Source of the DNA: Bilabrum cf. latius
Taxonomy: Eukaryota
Assembly: GCA_965178125.1 (NCBI GenBank)
Contig: OZ237739.1
Span: 1,488,001 to 1,552,000, forward strand
Length of the DNA: 64,000 bases
Direction of reading: 5' to 3'
Position numbers and translations under genes: made by a program
Shown: positions 48,185-60,686 of the stretch, in pieces
Numbering within the stretch: position 1 is the first letter of the stretch
How the letters are laid out: the number at the start of each line of letters is the position of its first letter
Notes under the pieces: generated by a model
Database searches by the model: none
Seen by the model: the letters and a program-made list of their open reading frames with translations, nothing else
What the model was told of the DNA's origin: nothing

Positions 48185-51100
48185 ATGCTCGCAGCACCTG
48201 TAATAAGTTGGAAAAAAGCGGTTGGAAAGCAATAGGCTGACGACCGAAAGAGTAGGTATGCGTCAGAGGCTAGATCAACGCACCATGCCTCGAAGCGACG
48301 AGCCCGCGCGGGAGAAAGTCCTCGTCCAAAGGCCTCGATTGGGCTTGGCCCCCAGGGTGCTCTGGCCGTGCGGTTGCCCAGCCGGGAGCCGCTGCTACCA
48401 GAGGGGTCATGCGTAGGTGGTAGGAGGCCGTTGTTACACTTGGTAGTGCTGCATGCGTCTGAGCCCGGCGTGTCGCAATACGCCCGTGACTTGGCGATCA
48501 AGTGGAACTGGCACGGCTTCGACGTGTTCATCAACGTGAGTACTGCGTGCCGGGTTGGAAGCTATGCTGTTTGCGTTTCGTATGCTCCTAACCATATGTC
48601 GTTCTTTCAATGCGCCTGTACATTTGTTTGATTCTGCAGCTTCACGTGGGTGACGTGGCCCGTCTCGTGCCACCGTCCCACCCCTTGCGGCGGGCCAGTC
48701 ATTCCGGGGGCAAGGCATTGGTCAAGGCGGAGCACCTGTCAGGGATCCTGCAGGTGTCTCCTGCCGATTTTATCGTGGTGGTGGGCCAGTACAACATGCA
48801 GAGAGGCACAGGGCAGGTCCGCAGGGGCGGGCGGCTGCACGAGGTGCCGGTGGACGACAGCCTGACTGCCTTTTTGGAGCAGTGGGCCAGCATGATTGGC
48901 GTGCCCATGGACATCGAGGGCGTGGACGCAGGGGACTCCTCCTCCTCCTCCACTTTGAAACTCTCCGAGGCTCAGCTGGCGCGCAGGTTGGAGAGATATA
49001 CGGGTGTGCGGGACATGCCCTCTTGCATCGAGGCAGTCAGGACGCAGGCGGCTGGTGTGAGGGGCTGGCTGCGTGTCAAGGGCAGGCAGGAGGCGCTGGG
49101 GCGGGCGAGGACAGCCGATGCAGTGGCCGCGCTGTCTCCAGACCACCAGCAGGTTCTATTGGACCTTCAATCGATGGAAGCCCGTGAGACATGCGTCGTC
49201 GTCAAGATGGGCTCGGATCAATCGCCATTCGCGCGAACGCGCCCTGACTCCCGCAGGTCCAACACGATCCGCTCACAAAGCGCCCCTTCCTCTTTTTTCA
49301 TTCTTCACTCAGACCCTCCCTTCCGACCCTCCCTTCCACGCAGAGCTGATGCGGTTGCACGCCCGTTTGGAGCACGCGCGATCGCAGCTGCAGTCAGCGC
49401 CGCGGCTGCCTCCTGATGCCTCGCGACTGGAGGTGTTTGCGAGCTCGCTGGGCCTGACTCTGGGCGTTGTACTGGACAAGTTGGAGCGGCCGACTCCAGC
49501 CGTGCCTGATAGAGTGCCCGACGGGACGTGGGCGGGTCACCCTGCGCTGCCTGCCTCAATGGCCGACAGGCTGCTCTTCGCGCTTAGCAAGCAGCAGCGG
49601 GTGGTGCAGGCAGAGGGGGAGGCTGTGGCCGCGCTGGCTGGCAGTCGGAGCGGCTGGAGCAGGTATCTCAAGCGGGTCAGGGAGGCGAAGGTGGAGGGGA
49701 AGGGGAGCCTGACCGGGAGCGTTAATGGCGCGGGTGCTGGGGTTGCAGCGTCGGGAGACTCGGGGGGTTGGAGGGGTGGGGCAATGGGAGCATTCGCTGC
49801 CAGGACTAGTGCGAGCCCAGTAGCGGGGACAGGCCTGAAGCACGGTAGTCTGCAGCACGGGAAGGCGGGCGCTGGAACCTTCAAGCATGCCCCTGCTGGT
49901 GCTATTGCGTCCGAGGCTGCCTCTGCTGCGACGCCGCAAGTTGAGCTGCGTCCGGGGCAGTGGTAGTGTGCTGCGTGCACGTATGTGAACGAGCCAGGTG
50001 CCAAATCTTGCCTCATGTGCCAGGGCAAGCGAGCGACCGAACCCGCCGATCAGTCTCCAGGCAGCATTGCTTCGCCAGCTGCAGGTGCGCCCGTACGAAG
50101 CAGCGGCCAGCTGCCATCCAGCCCAATTGTGCCGGTCTCAACGAGCGGTGGTGGCATCGCAACGTCGGCGAGAGCATCCGCTGGCTCTGCCAATCCCGCT
50201 CCTGGCAGCGGCAAGAAGCGCCGGCACCCACGCGAGCGCAGAGGCAGGGGCCAAAGGAAGGAGCCGCTGGACCCGCTGCTGCCCAAATCGGCAGTGAACG
50301 AGAGAGCCAGGGCCAGGAGGGAGGCGGCGGCCGCCGCCGCCGCCGAGCAGCAGGCCAAGCGCACCAGGGAACAAGAGCAGCGAGAGGCCGCGCGGCAGGA
50401 GCATCTCATGCACGAGCAGCGAGAGTAGCTCCAGCACCAGCAGCAGCAGCCACAGTTTGGAGGCATGGGGTATCCAGGTGGACCGCACTTTGCACCCATG
50501 CCTTCGCACTTTGGAGGCCCGGGCCCTGCGCTGATGCAACCGTATGGGTTCCCCGCCGGGATGGGGCAAGTCATGGGTGGGTTGCCTGTCCCTGGCGCTT
50601 CGATGGGAGGGCCGGGCGTGTTACAGGGCAGCGGGGCAGTGCCCAGTTCTGGCAGTGCCACCGCTGGTCTGGGCTTGGGTGCGGGAGGGGGGGTGGCGGA
50701 CGCAGGGGCCGTGCACCGACCGGGTGGTACCCCCGTGGGGATGGGTCTGATCCCGGGGAGGCCACTTCCCCCTGCCTTCGTGCCTCGTTCGCAGCTACCG
50801 GCGGTGGGGGTGGCCGGGCTGCCGGTGCCTAGCCAAGGCCTCGTGTCAGCGCCAGCGAGGGACGCCGGGCACGTAGCTGTGGGTGTGGCCTCCAGCACAG
50901 GGGTTGCAGCTGCTGCAATTGCGGGGGGTGGGACTGGGCTGCCGCTGCCCGCGAGTTCGGCCGTGGAGGGCGCTAGTGGAGGCTGGGACATGCACGGGGT
51001 GGGTGTGCACATTGGTGCTGGTGGTGGTTTGCCCACGCCTGCCGCGTGGGGGACTGTCTCTGCCCCTGGCAAGCATGTGCATGAAGAAGCCAAGGGAGAC

Positions 51101-51613
51101 AGCAGGGAGGAGCCGCAGGAGGCGGGATGGGGCATGGGCGGCGGAGCAGGCATCAGCGGAGCGGGGGCTCTGTGGGGGTCGGATGGAGGAGTGTCCATGG
51201 GGCTGCCCACTGCCCTGCGGGAAAGTGTGCCGGTGGGAGTCGCTGCTGTGGACATGGGTGCTCAGCTGGACGGGGGCGATGCTGTGGGGGCTGCACTGGT
51301 GGAGACGAGGGACAGGCAGGCGCTGCGGCTGGCAGCCAGGGATCTAGGTCAAGGCGTGGAAGGCGTGGGCTCGGCAATGGATGGCAGAGACAGTAGTGCC
51401 GTGTCGGGCGGCACCGAAGGGCTCCTGGGGGGAGACAAGCCAAACGAACTTGGTCTTGGCACACTGGGCGTCTCGTTAGGTGGTGGTACTATTCAGGCTG
51501 GTGCACAGGGTGGACTCGGCGGTGGAGCACTCGCTGGTGCCATGCCACCCGCGACCGCCGATGGTGCTCACGCGTTCCCGTTGTCGGATGTGCTCAGAGA
51601 CGCGCTCAGCTGA
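48185..51613 (+). CDS. Protein with an N-terminal alpha/beta domain (anticodon-binding/NCOA5-like, tentative) and a RanBP2-type zinc finger, ~1054 aa, introns 48536-48639 and 49184-49343
   Basis: W*CAACTYVNEPGAKSCLMC fits W-x-C-x2-C-x3-N-x6-C-x2-C. Both GTGAG..GCAG introns are phase-compatible. TAG at 48233, 49964 and 50426. Ends TGA. Confidence 0.65.
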
Positions 51614-51746
51614 CATTGAAGCAGCGAATATAATACATAGATTGCATAGGCGCCAGACATGGCCTAGGCCTAGGCGGGCCTTGGCTCCGAATTCAAGCGG
51701 GATCCGGACGACCCGTGATGTGCCACAATACGTTGTGCAGACAGAC

Positions 51747-54700
51747 ATGGCATCCATGTGGCCTCCAGCTTTTGAACATATTGATGCCCCAACACTTGCG
51801 AAGCTGAAGGCATCTGATAGCGATGCTTTGGCAAAGGTAGCAAAGGATATTTCTGGCTGCGCGCAGGCATGTACTGACTTCTTTTCCCCGGCAGCTGAGC
51901 AGTCCACGGAAAAATCTATCCACGGATTAACTTCTAGCGTTCGCAAACTGCATGAATTTGTGCAAGATATACTCGTAGCTGGCGTGGATGGGGCCATTTC
52001 AGGTGATCAAGTTGTCACGGTGTTAACTGCATCGCGCGCCGCAGTCTCCAGCGATGAAGACCGCGATAGTGCAGCCGAGTCAGACCGCCAGTTTGTTTTA
52101 GGCGAAGCAATTGCTGACTCTGTCTGGCTGATCGGGAATGCGCTTGGAGATAAAAGCGAGAGCTCAGACAAGAGGGCTGGTGCACTCAAACGAATTGTCA
52201 CGTTGCTGTCAAGGAGTGGAATTTGCTAGTCCAGAGTTCCTCAAACAAAGGGAGCATCAGCGCTGATGCCATAGCAGGATTCTGCTGTGGACGTGCCAGA
52301 TTCTGGAGAATCAGCAGAGGAGGTTGACTTGATCCGAGGCAGCCTGGATCACGAAGCCCTGGCAGCGGCAGGGGTCTCTGCACTAAAATCATCAAAACGA
52401 GCCGTTGCACTAGCCAACACAAAGATGCGATACGTCCAGGTGAGATACCCGATAATCCACTCAGCGGGCGCTCGGTGTGCTTCCACGAACAACGCCGGAG
52501 TTGCTGGCCGCTCACTTCCACTCTCTCAAGTCGCAGGTTAAGTTCAACATGCTCGCAGAAGCATCGGAAGGATTTGCAAAGCTAGCTGCTGCCTCGCTCG
52601 CCGCCTCCCTCGCGGGCCAACCAAGCGAGCAGATCGTGCCAGGCCGCTCCCAGGAGAGCCCCGCCCTGCTCGCCCGCATCCAGACGCTCACGGGCTCCTT
52701 CCGCCTGGACCCTGCCAAGGCCATGGACCTCGTGCTGGCCGCGCTTGAGGGGGCCACGCGACAGGAGGCGGAGGCTGCAGCCGTCGCGGCCGGGGCCTCC
52801 GCGGCTGGCAGGGCCCAGGGCCTGGCAGCGTCAGGGGCCGGGGGCGCCTCCCGATGGGCGCTCCAGGAGGGGAGCGGCATTGACGCTGACCCAGTCGCAG
52901 CACAGCAGCTGGTGCTGGGGGCCGGGTGGCGAGAGGTGCTGGGCGCATTCCGGCGGGAGCACCTTGCCTCCATGGTGGGCCGCAGGCTGGGGCAGGCCGC
53001 CGGAGAGGCGAGAGCAGCGCTGCACGGGCCATTGGAAGGAGGCAGCGCCGGAGCTGGAGCTGCTGCTGCGGCGGGGGGAGCGAGGCCGAGCCGGCAGCAG
53101 CTGCAGCAGGCTAGGGTTGCTCTGGCGGCGCCGTGTGCTGCCGCTGCCTCGCTGCTGCAAGCCGGCTGCCTCGCTGTCGGTGACCTGCTGCCGCACCTGG
53201 CCGCTGCAGCGAGTGCCGGTGGGTCGGGTGCTGGTGCTGGCACTCCTGTCGCAGGTGACCTGCAAGCAGAGCTGGACCGCGAACTAGAGGACCTTGGTGT
53301 GGTGCGAATCGGGGACAGGGGATCCAGCGGGAAGGGGGCCATGACACAGGGCACGCACAGGCACGCTGACGCCTGTCCGAGCCACCTGGCTTCTACTGCC
53401 ACGGCGGTGCAGGGAACTATGCGCGGGCATGCGGCTGCGCCATCGCTGGGAGAGCTGGACGCCACGTCTGTCTCTGTGGCTCTGCTGGCTGCGCTGCTGC
53501 GGCTGGCCGCGCTGGAGATGTGCCAGAGAGGGCACCAATAGACGAGGTCGGGCAGCGCGTGGGTCTCCGCGTGCGTGCTGGTGCGCGTGATGTCTGCACC
53601 AGCCTGGAGGGCGCAGGGACTGGGGCTGCCGGTGGAGCCTGCCGCGCTCCCAAGCATAAGCACGGGGCTTTGTTCCCTGGCCAGGGCCCTGCTGGCTCCC
53701 GCCTACGGGGCACTGTCGGCGACCGGAACTGTCGTGGCCGACTCCAGCGGCGACAGCGCCGCGCCTGGGCCAGTCCTGTGCGCCTGGTCAAGGAGGGCAG
53801 GAGCACCCGGCGCCGGGGCTAGCGGCACGCTCGGGGGCAGTGGCGGATCAGCTGCGATGGAGGACGATGACAGCGAAGGTGGCGCGTTGCAAGAAGAGAG
53901 CGACTTGGCTATCGCCGGTCCCGGCGCGCTTCACCCAGCGAAAGACGCAGCCTCGGCCGCTGCGTCGCTGTGGCCGGTCCTCGAGGCCCTGGGCCCCCAC
54001 GTGTCCAACGACCCCGTGCTGCTGACCAGGCTGCTGAGGTGCGCGGCTTCCTCGCTAGCCGGGTGCGGGCAGGGGGCGAGCGCTTGCTCTGGGTCGTTGC
54101 TCAAGAAAACGCACCGGCAGGAGCAGCTTGCATCCCCCGTGCACAGGCGGTGGTGGCTCTCTGCCCTCCACCGGGTGCTGCTGCCGGGCTGTTTCTTGTC
54201 CGGGGCAAACGTGGGCGTGCAGGCCTAGCTGTGGACCTGCCTGCAGCAGCTGCCGTGGTACGCTCGATTCGCAGTCTACGAGCGGGTGGCTCTGTCTTAC
54301 GCGCAGCACTCCAGCTCTGTCTTCGACGGGGGCAGGGAGGCGCTGTTCCAGGGGCTGGTACTTGAGGACGGGGCGGCGGCTCTGCTGGGCTGGTCGGAGC
54401 TGGAGATGGAGAAAAGGGAGGAGGAGCTGCAGCAGGCCGCCATGGATCCGTTGGACGGGGCACCTGACAGCGACGTTGGGGCAGGCGCGGCGGCTGCCTT
54501 CGAGGGCATGGGTGGCGCGATGTCGGTGTCAGTGGCCCGCTGGCCACTCGCCGCTCTTCCGCTGGGCAAGGCGGTGTCCCGGGAGCGGGAGCAGGAGCTG
54601 GACTAGAAGGATGCGGCGCGAGCGGGAGATGCGAAGGAGGGAGCCGAGCAGGAGCAGGAGGTGGAGCAGGACAATGGTGCGGACAGGCCTCTGGTAGGAG

Positions 54701-57700
54701 GGGCAGCTGCGGTCCGGCTTGCGGTGCACTGCCTGCGGTGCGCCGCCTCCCGCGGGCACAAGGCCGTGTCGCAGGCCTTCAAGCGGGTGGCCAAAGACAC
54801 GATGAGGAGGGCGGCGCGGGCCATCGGCAAGGCTTCGAGGGCCTTCCCGCTGCCCGTGTGCGACGCGCTGGTGGGCTCGCTCGAGTCCATGGGCAACTTG
54901 ACCGAGACCGGCATGGAAGCCCTGCGGTTCATGACCCCGCAATCGCTGGACGTGCTGGTGTTCGCGCTGGCCAGGAGGCTCGCCTCGGATGAGCCCAACG
55001 AAGGCGGGGCCTCAGTGGCGCATGGCGGGTACAGGGAGGCGGGCGCTTTGGGCTCCCGCGACGCTTTCGGCGAGGACGGGCACTCTGCTTCGCGATGGAT
55101 GCACGCACTCGCTGGACTCACCGCGTGGCTGGCCCGCAAGTTTCCCAGTCAGAGCATTGCGCCCTTGCTGGCCGTGGTGCAGCGGAGATTGCTGGCCGGC
55201 AGCCTGTCTCACCTTGTGGTACTGCGGGAGGTCATGGCGGTGGCAGGCGGGGTGCCCCCGCTGGGCCAGCTCAACCCCTCGCAGGCCAAGGCCATGGGTG
55301 GCTCCCTGGCTCTGGAGGAATCCACGGCGGTGGGTGTGCTCAGGGGGGGGCCCTCAAGGGACTCGATGGCGGCCGTGAGAGCGGTACTGGCCTATGGGCT
55401 CAGGGCGGCGCCGGCGGCCGACGATGTGCCGCAGCTGGAGCACCGCGCCAAGGGAGGTGCCGGCGGGCGGCCACTGCTGGAGGTGCCCGGCGGGTTCGTC
55501 ATGTCGCTGCAAGTGCTCGCGGCACAGGCGAGGGACGGCGCGGCGTGGTCCGAGAGGGCCAGGCATGGCTCTTTGCGGTCCGCCGCCGAGTCGCAGGACG
55601 CCGCGAGGATGGTGTCGGACCAGCTGCTCGGGTTCGTGCACAGGCAGCGGGAGCAGCAGCAGTCGCAGCGGCAGGGGGCAGGCCTGGACCCCGTGCTGCT
55701 GGCCCGCGTGACTCCCCCGCTGCACGTGCTGTGCGGTCCACCCTCCTCGGGGGGGATGGGCCTAAGCGCAGCCTCCGCATTCGCCCTGCTGCGCCCCCTC
55801 ATCCGCGCCCTGTCCGCTCCCAAGAGGCCCGGCTCCTAGGACTGGGCCCGGTTGAGCGCGGCTGCCGCTGCCGAGGTGAAGAAGGACCCGTCGCTGGCTC
55901 TCGGGGCGGCCGTGGTGGAGCCGGGGAAGGATCTTTCGACGGATATTCTCCAAGCTGGGCGGGCGCTCTGCCAACGCGTGCTGTCGACCGAATGGCCCCA
56001 GGCATCGGCTCCCCTGGAGGGTGCGCTGAGGCGAGTTGCCGGATCCAACGGGCCCCGGCTGTCCGCTGACGGCAGCCCCTTGCCTGCCTGGGTGCTGGCG
56101 AGCGAGTTCGCCCTGGGGTCCCCGCTGCTCGAGGAGAGCGCGCGACTGTGCGGGTGCGTGCCTGCTGGCCTGTGGGCTCCCAGGGAGCTGTGCGGGCAAG
56201 TCGACGAGGCCGGTGGGGCGGCAAGCGGTGAGGACGGGCCCGAGCACAAGCCTAGGACCTTCCCCGGGGGCGGGGTGCTGCACCCTGGTCTGTTCGCGTG
56301 GTTTTGGGGGCTCGACCTGTTCGACCTGTCCTGCCCCACGGACGTCTATGACGAGCGGGTGGAGGCGCTGGTGGCCGATGCCGCCCGCCTGCAGCAGGAG
56401 GCAGACGACTACATCAGCGGTCGGGCGCAGGGCACAGCCGGGTTCGGTCAGGCCATGGGGAACAGCGAGGAGGACCGGATGACACCGGAGGAGAGGCAGC
56501 GGGCGGCCAGGGAGCGGCTCGAGGACAAGGCAGCCAGGGAGTCGCTGGCCAGGCAGATCCGGATCGATAAACCGGAGCATGCGAGCCACGCGCTGCGGGT
56601 GCAGCGGCGGCTCATCGCATGCCTGTCCTCGGGACAGCTCACTCCGAATGCGCCCCCCATGCTGGCTGACCTGCCGGCCGCGCTGACCCGCTCCTGCTTC
56701 CTCCCCAGAGCGGCCCAGGGCCCGCACGAGGCCATTTACGCGGCCCGGTTCCTTCTGCTCATGCACCGAAGCAACACACCGCGGTTCAGCACCATCCGGG
56801 CGCTCATGATGGTGTTCCGCACGGGGGCGCCGCGCCTGCTGGCCTCTACCCCGCGTGAGGCCCGCGCCATCGGCCAGTTCATGCGGGTCATCTTGGGCGC
56901 CATGCAGCGGTGGAGGGACAGCGAGCCACTCTTCCGCAAGGAGGCCCTCGGGGACGGGGGCAAGGCCAAGTAGCCTCGTCTGGTGGGCTTTGACGTGCGC
57001 GCGGGAGTGCCGTGCACCCACAAGCGCTACCTGGAGATCCACCAGCTGTGCCACCGAGACCTTCACCTGGCTCTCACCAGCCCGTTCCGGGTGGAGGCGG
57101 GGGAGGATGGCCGCGGGCGGGGGCCCCGGCAGCCACTCGTGATGCTCAAGAGCGCGCTGATTGGCATGACCACGCTCAGCGGTGTGTTCCCCACTCGCCC
57201 TGAGCACATCCGGGAGCAGCTCCGTTTGCTGGAGGGCTTCGTGGAGAGGGAGGAGGCCCGGCGGAGCTCTGGGGACTACAGGGCCGAGCTGCCACCCATG
57301 TGCTTCTCCTTCATCTCGGCGCTCAAGGAACAGCTCAAGCAGCTGGGGGCCGCGGGGGAGGAGGGCGGGCAGGACAGCGCGCCCGTGGGGCCTGGAAGGT
57401 CCATGTCCCGGCCCGGGGTGTCCTCTGTGTCCGCATCTCGCGATCGAGACGGGAACGGGGGCGCGGGAGGCAGGTCCGAGGACCGATGGCATGGCCGAGA
57501 TCACCGCGGGAGGGAGACGGGCGGACACGCCGCCAGGTAGGAGGCCTCGTCCTCCCGGGCACGTGCCCCTGAGGACGAGGACGGGCTGAGGGAACAAGCC
57601 AGGGAGGCGGCCCGCCGGAGGAGAGAGAGGAGGCCCTCGGAGGCCGATAGGCAGGACACGGCCCCTGTGGCGGGGCAGAAGAGGAGCGTTGCGGACAGGG

Positions 57701-58443
57701 ACAGGGATGTGCCGGTGGGCAAGGGCGGGTCGGTCCAGGGCCTGAGGGTCAGCGGGGCCGACACAGGGGCGGCACCGAGCCCGTCTCCCCGCGCGAGAGA
57801 CGTGCGTATAGGAGGTGGAGGGGCAGGGGACCGTCTGCCTTCCCGGGACCGGGACGGGCGGCAATCTCGGGAGCGCGCGCGCAGCTCTGACCGGAATGGT
57901 GCCGGGGACAGGGACAGGGACAGGGACAGGGATTTCGGTCGGGGACGGGAGCGGCGGGAGTACCCTGACCGCGGCTCTTCCAGGGAACAGGGGGGCAGGG
58001 CGGAGGGGGGCTTCGCGTCCAGGGGTGCTCGGGACGGAGACAGGGGTGGCAGGGACGCGCGAGGCAGGCCAGGCCAGGCCGCCGAGGGCGATCGTTGGGA
58101 GGCCCGAGGGGCTGGGGCCCGGAAGGAGGAAGGTCGCGATAGGGACAGGGATGGCGGCAGGGACTGGGACCGTGACGGGGGCCGGAGCAAGCGCCGTCGG
58201 CTGGACGTGCAAGAGGGCGGCAGCAGCAGCAGCAGTGGTCGCAGGGACAGGGAGAAAGAGGGGGAGAGGGGCCGAGGGGACTCGGTGCGGCGGCACGACA
58301 CGGCCACCACAAAGGACAGTCGAGGCAGCGGGCGCAGCTCGGAGCGAGACAGAGACAGGGGCGGGGCCGGTGGTGAGGAGCACGGGGGCGGCGGCGGCGG
58401 CGGGGGCAAGCGGAAGAAGCGAGGCCGTGGGTTCAGGCGCTGA
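51747..58443 (+). CDS. THOC2: THO complex subunit 2, ~2199 aa, intron 52440-52536
   Basis: NTKMRYVQ|VKFNMLAEASEGFAKL, IQTLTGSFRLDP, LW..LQQLPWYARFAVY, FWGLDLFDL.CP...Y, CFLPRA...EAIYAARF and an Arg/Asp-rich tail. Eight TAGs. Ends TGA. Confidence 0.88.
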
Positions 58444-58574
58444 TGGCCGCGGGGTCCTGCCCTGCTGGCACGAGGGGGTGGTAGCGGCGATCGGAATCGT
58501 TTCTACCGCAGCTGGTCCATACATGACTGATTTGGCGTACAACAAAGGCCTACAGGATAAGTACACCATGTTAA

Positions 58575-60476
58575 TCACCGCTGCGCCTCGTCACTCTATC
58601 CTGAGCCAGGCATACAGCCATGAAACTGCCCCAGCGGCTCCACGGGGATACTGGCCTGCGGCAGGGCAAAAGGGCCGTCCTTCAAGAGGCCCCACACAGA
58701 GGTCCCGGGCCCGAATACCCTCCCATACTCCAGCTCCAGCCTGTCCACCAGCTTGCCCATGGCAGCCGGGCCCATCTCTGCTGCCGCCAGGTCGCCCGTG
58801 CCCCCCGCGAATGCGATGAGGAGGGAGATCTTGGAGTCCCACGTGACCACAGGCCCGATCATGCTCCCGTTCACGGCCACGGAAGCAGTGGCCCCCAGAG
58901 GTCCAAGGGCCCGGGGCCCTGCCAGCTGCTGCCTGACCCAGCACGCGGCCGCCGCGGGGTCCGCCATGGCGAGCGTGAGGCTGCCGTATGGCGTCACCAA
59001 GTCGCGACGGAGCACCGGCTGGGAGGCGAGGCTGGCAATGCCTGCAGCGGACACGTACCCCGCGGGTGCAGGCGCCCCCACTGCAGCCAGGTCAGCGCAG
59101 GAGGCCAGCAGCCCCGGCTACCCCGAGCACACCGCGTCCGTGGTGCGAGCCGCCTCGGAGCTCCTCAGTACCAGAGACGTAACGTTGGGAGTGGCTCGCG
59201 CAAGAAGGCCATCAAGGGATCCGGGGTATGCCCATCCCTGCCCACTGGCACGACCACCTCGGTGCTAGCCCCAGCTGGTGCCCCCGCTCCTGGCCCACGC
59301 CTGCAGCACCAACTGCCGCACAGCGCCCCCTTGCACCCCGAGGTATGGCAGGTACAGGGCCTTCATCTGCTCGTGGGACGAGAACCAGAACCCCTCCTGC
59401 GCCCCAATGCGCTGCACCTATCCCCCCGGGCACCGTTTGTCCTCCGATGAGTACACGCTGTGCCTCAGCTGCGGCCTCTTGAGCTCCCAGATGGCCAGCT
59501 CTCCGCTTGCCCCGTCAGGAAGCAGGCCAGACAGGAACAGCCACACCGCCATGAGCTCACCTTCGTAGGGGTCATTCAACACCCCGCCTCCCCTGGGGTC
59601 AATGGTCCCGTTGGCCAGGGGGTCCCCCTGCGGCTTGTTGATGCGCGCGATGGAGGACACGCCCCCCTTGCCCAGGTAGAATGCTGCTACAGCGGTGCGG
59701 CGCAGCCATCCGTAGTATGCCCTGTAGCCGTCGCGGAGAGATGCCAGCTGGTCGCACATTGATGGATCAGACATCATTGCATGCACCAGTGGTGTGGCAT
59801 GACTCGGACCGCTTGATCCACGAATTGCCATGGCCAGTGGCGACGCTCGCTGGCAGGCTTCAGCAGCTCGGTCGAGAGACTGGGCGGCCGCGACAATGCC
59901 CCACAGCATCTCCCCGTTGTCCAGGCCGGGCATGCGGCCATTCCAGCCAGACAACGGCACAATGCCTTGCTGTCCTACCTGGAACCACGGCAGAAACCCA
60001 CCGTACCCTGGGCTGGAGGCATTCCAGCGGTGCAGAGAGTCCAGCTTTCGCTGCAGCACCTCGATGCACCGTTCCAGGGGCATCGCGGCCGATATGGCTT
60101 TACGTACCCTTGCTGCGATGCCAGTTGGCGATTCAGCCATCGCATGCCCATCCAGGGCTTGCGCTAGCAGCTAAAAGTGAAATCCGCTCTTTGATGCGGC
60201 CGAGAAGTTGTGGTGACCGCCTGGCTCCTGCAGGCCCGACGTGTAGTTTATGGCGGTGCCGTCGTAGCTCATTCCACTCAGACAATCTATCCCAACTCCA
60301 CACACATCAGCGAATCCTTCTACTTCGGCAGTCACGAGTTCCGACAAGAACTGCTCAACTGTTGTCGAGTCTTTCTTGAAGTCCGTGCATTGGTACCGCT
60401 GCGGAAACAAGTCACATGTTAAAGCATATGCTAGGGTGCCAATCGATGCTAGATAAATCACACAATTGACAGCCAT
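58575..60476 (-). CDS. Secreted endo-beta-1,2-glucanase-like protein (fungal SGL / GH162-like), ~633 aa
   Basis: Signal-like N-terminus, GMSYDGT, HNFSAASK, PGYGGFLPWF, RMPGLDNGE, LNDPYEGELM, GFWFSSHEQ.K.LYLPY and VTPYG resemble the family as I recall it. Five TAGs. Ends TGA 58575. Confidence 0.7.
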
Positions 60477-60542
60477 CTTTTCGTTGCACCAAGCCAAAAA
60501 AAGCGAGGGAGTGTTGTCGCTGTATTGTGTCTGACGGAACCG

Positions 60543-60587
60543 TTCTGCCAGAATTTCTGCCAGTTTCTGCCAGTTTCTGCCAGTTTC
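60543..60587. repeat. ~4 copies of TTTCTGCCAG in the 210-bp divergent gap between the glucanase and ABC genes
   Basis: Direct 10-mer repeats at 60543 (imperfect), 60554, 60564 and 60574. Confidence 0.85.
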
Positions 60588-60686
60588 ACACAGGTAGGAT
60601 CATCAAACCGGAAAAACGAGACTTGCCTCTTTCGCCGCGCACATATCAAGCAGACGGAGTAAGAACCCGTCTTGGGGTTTCACTCC

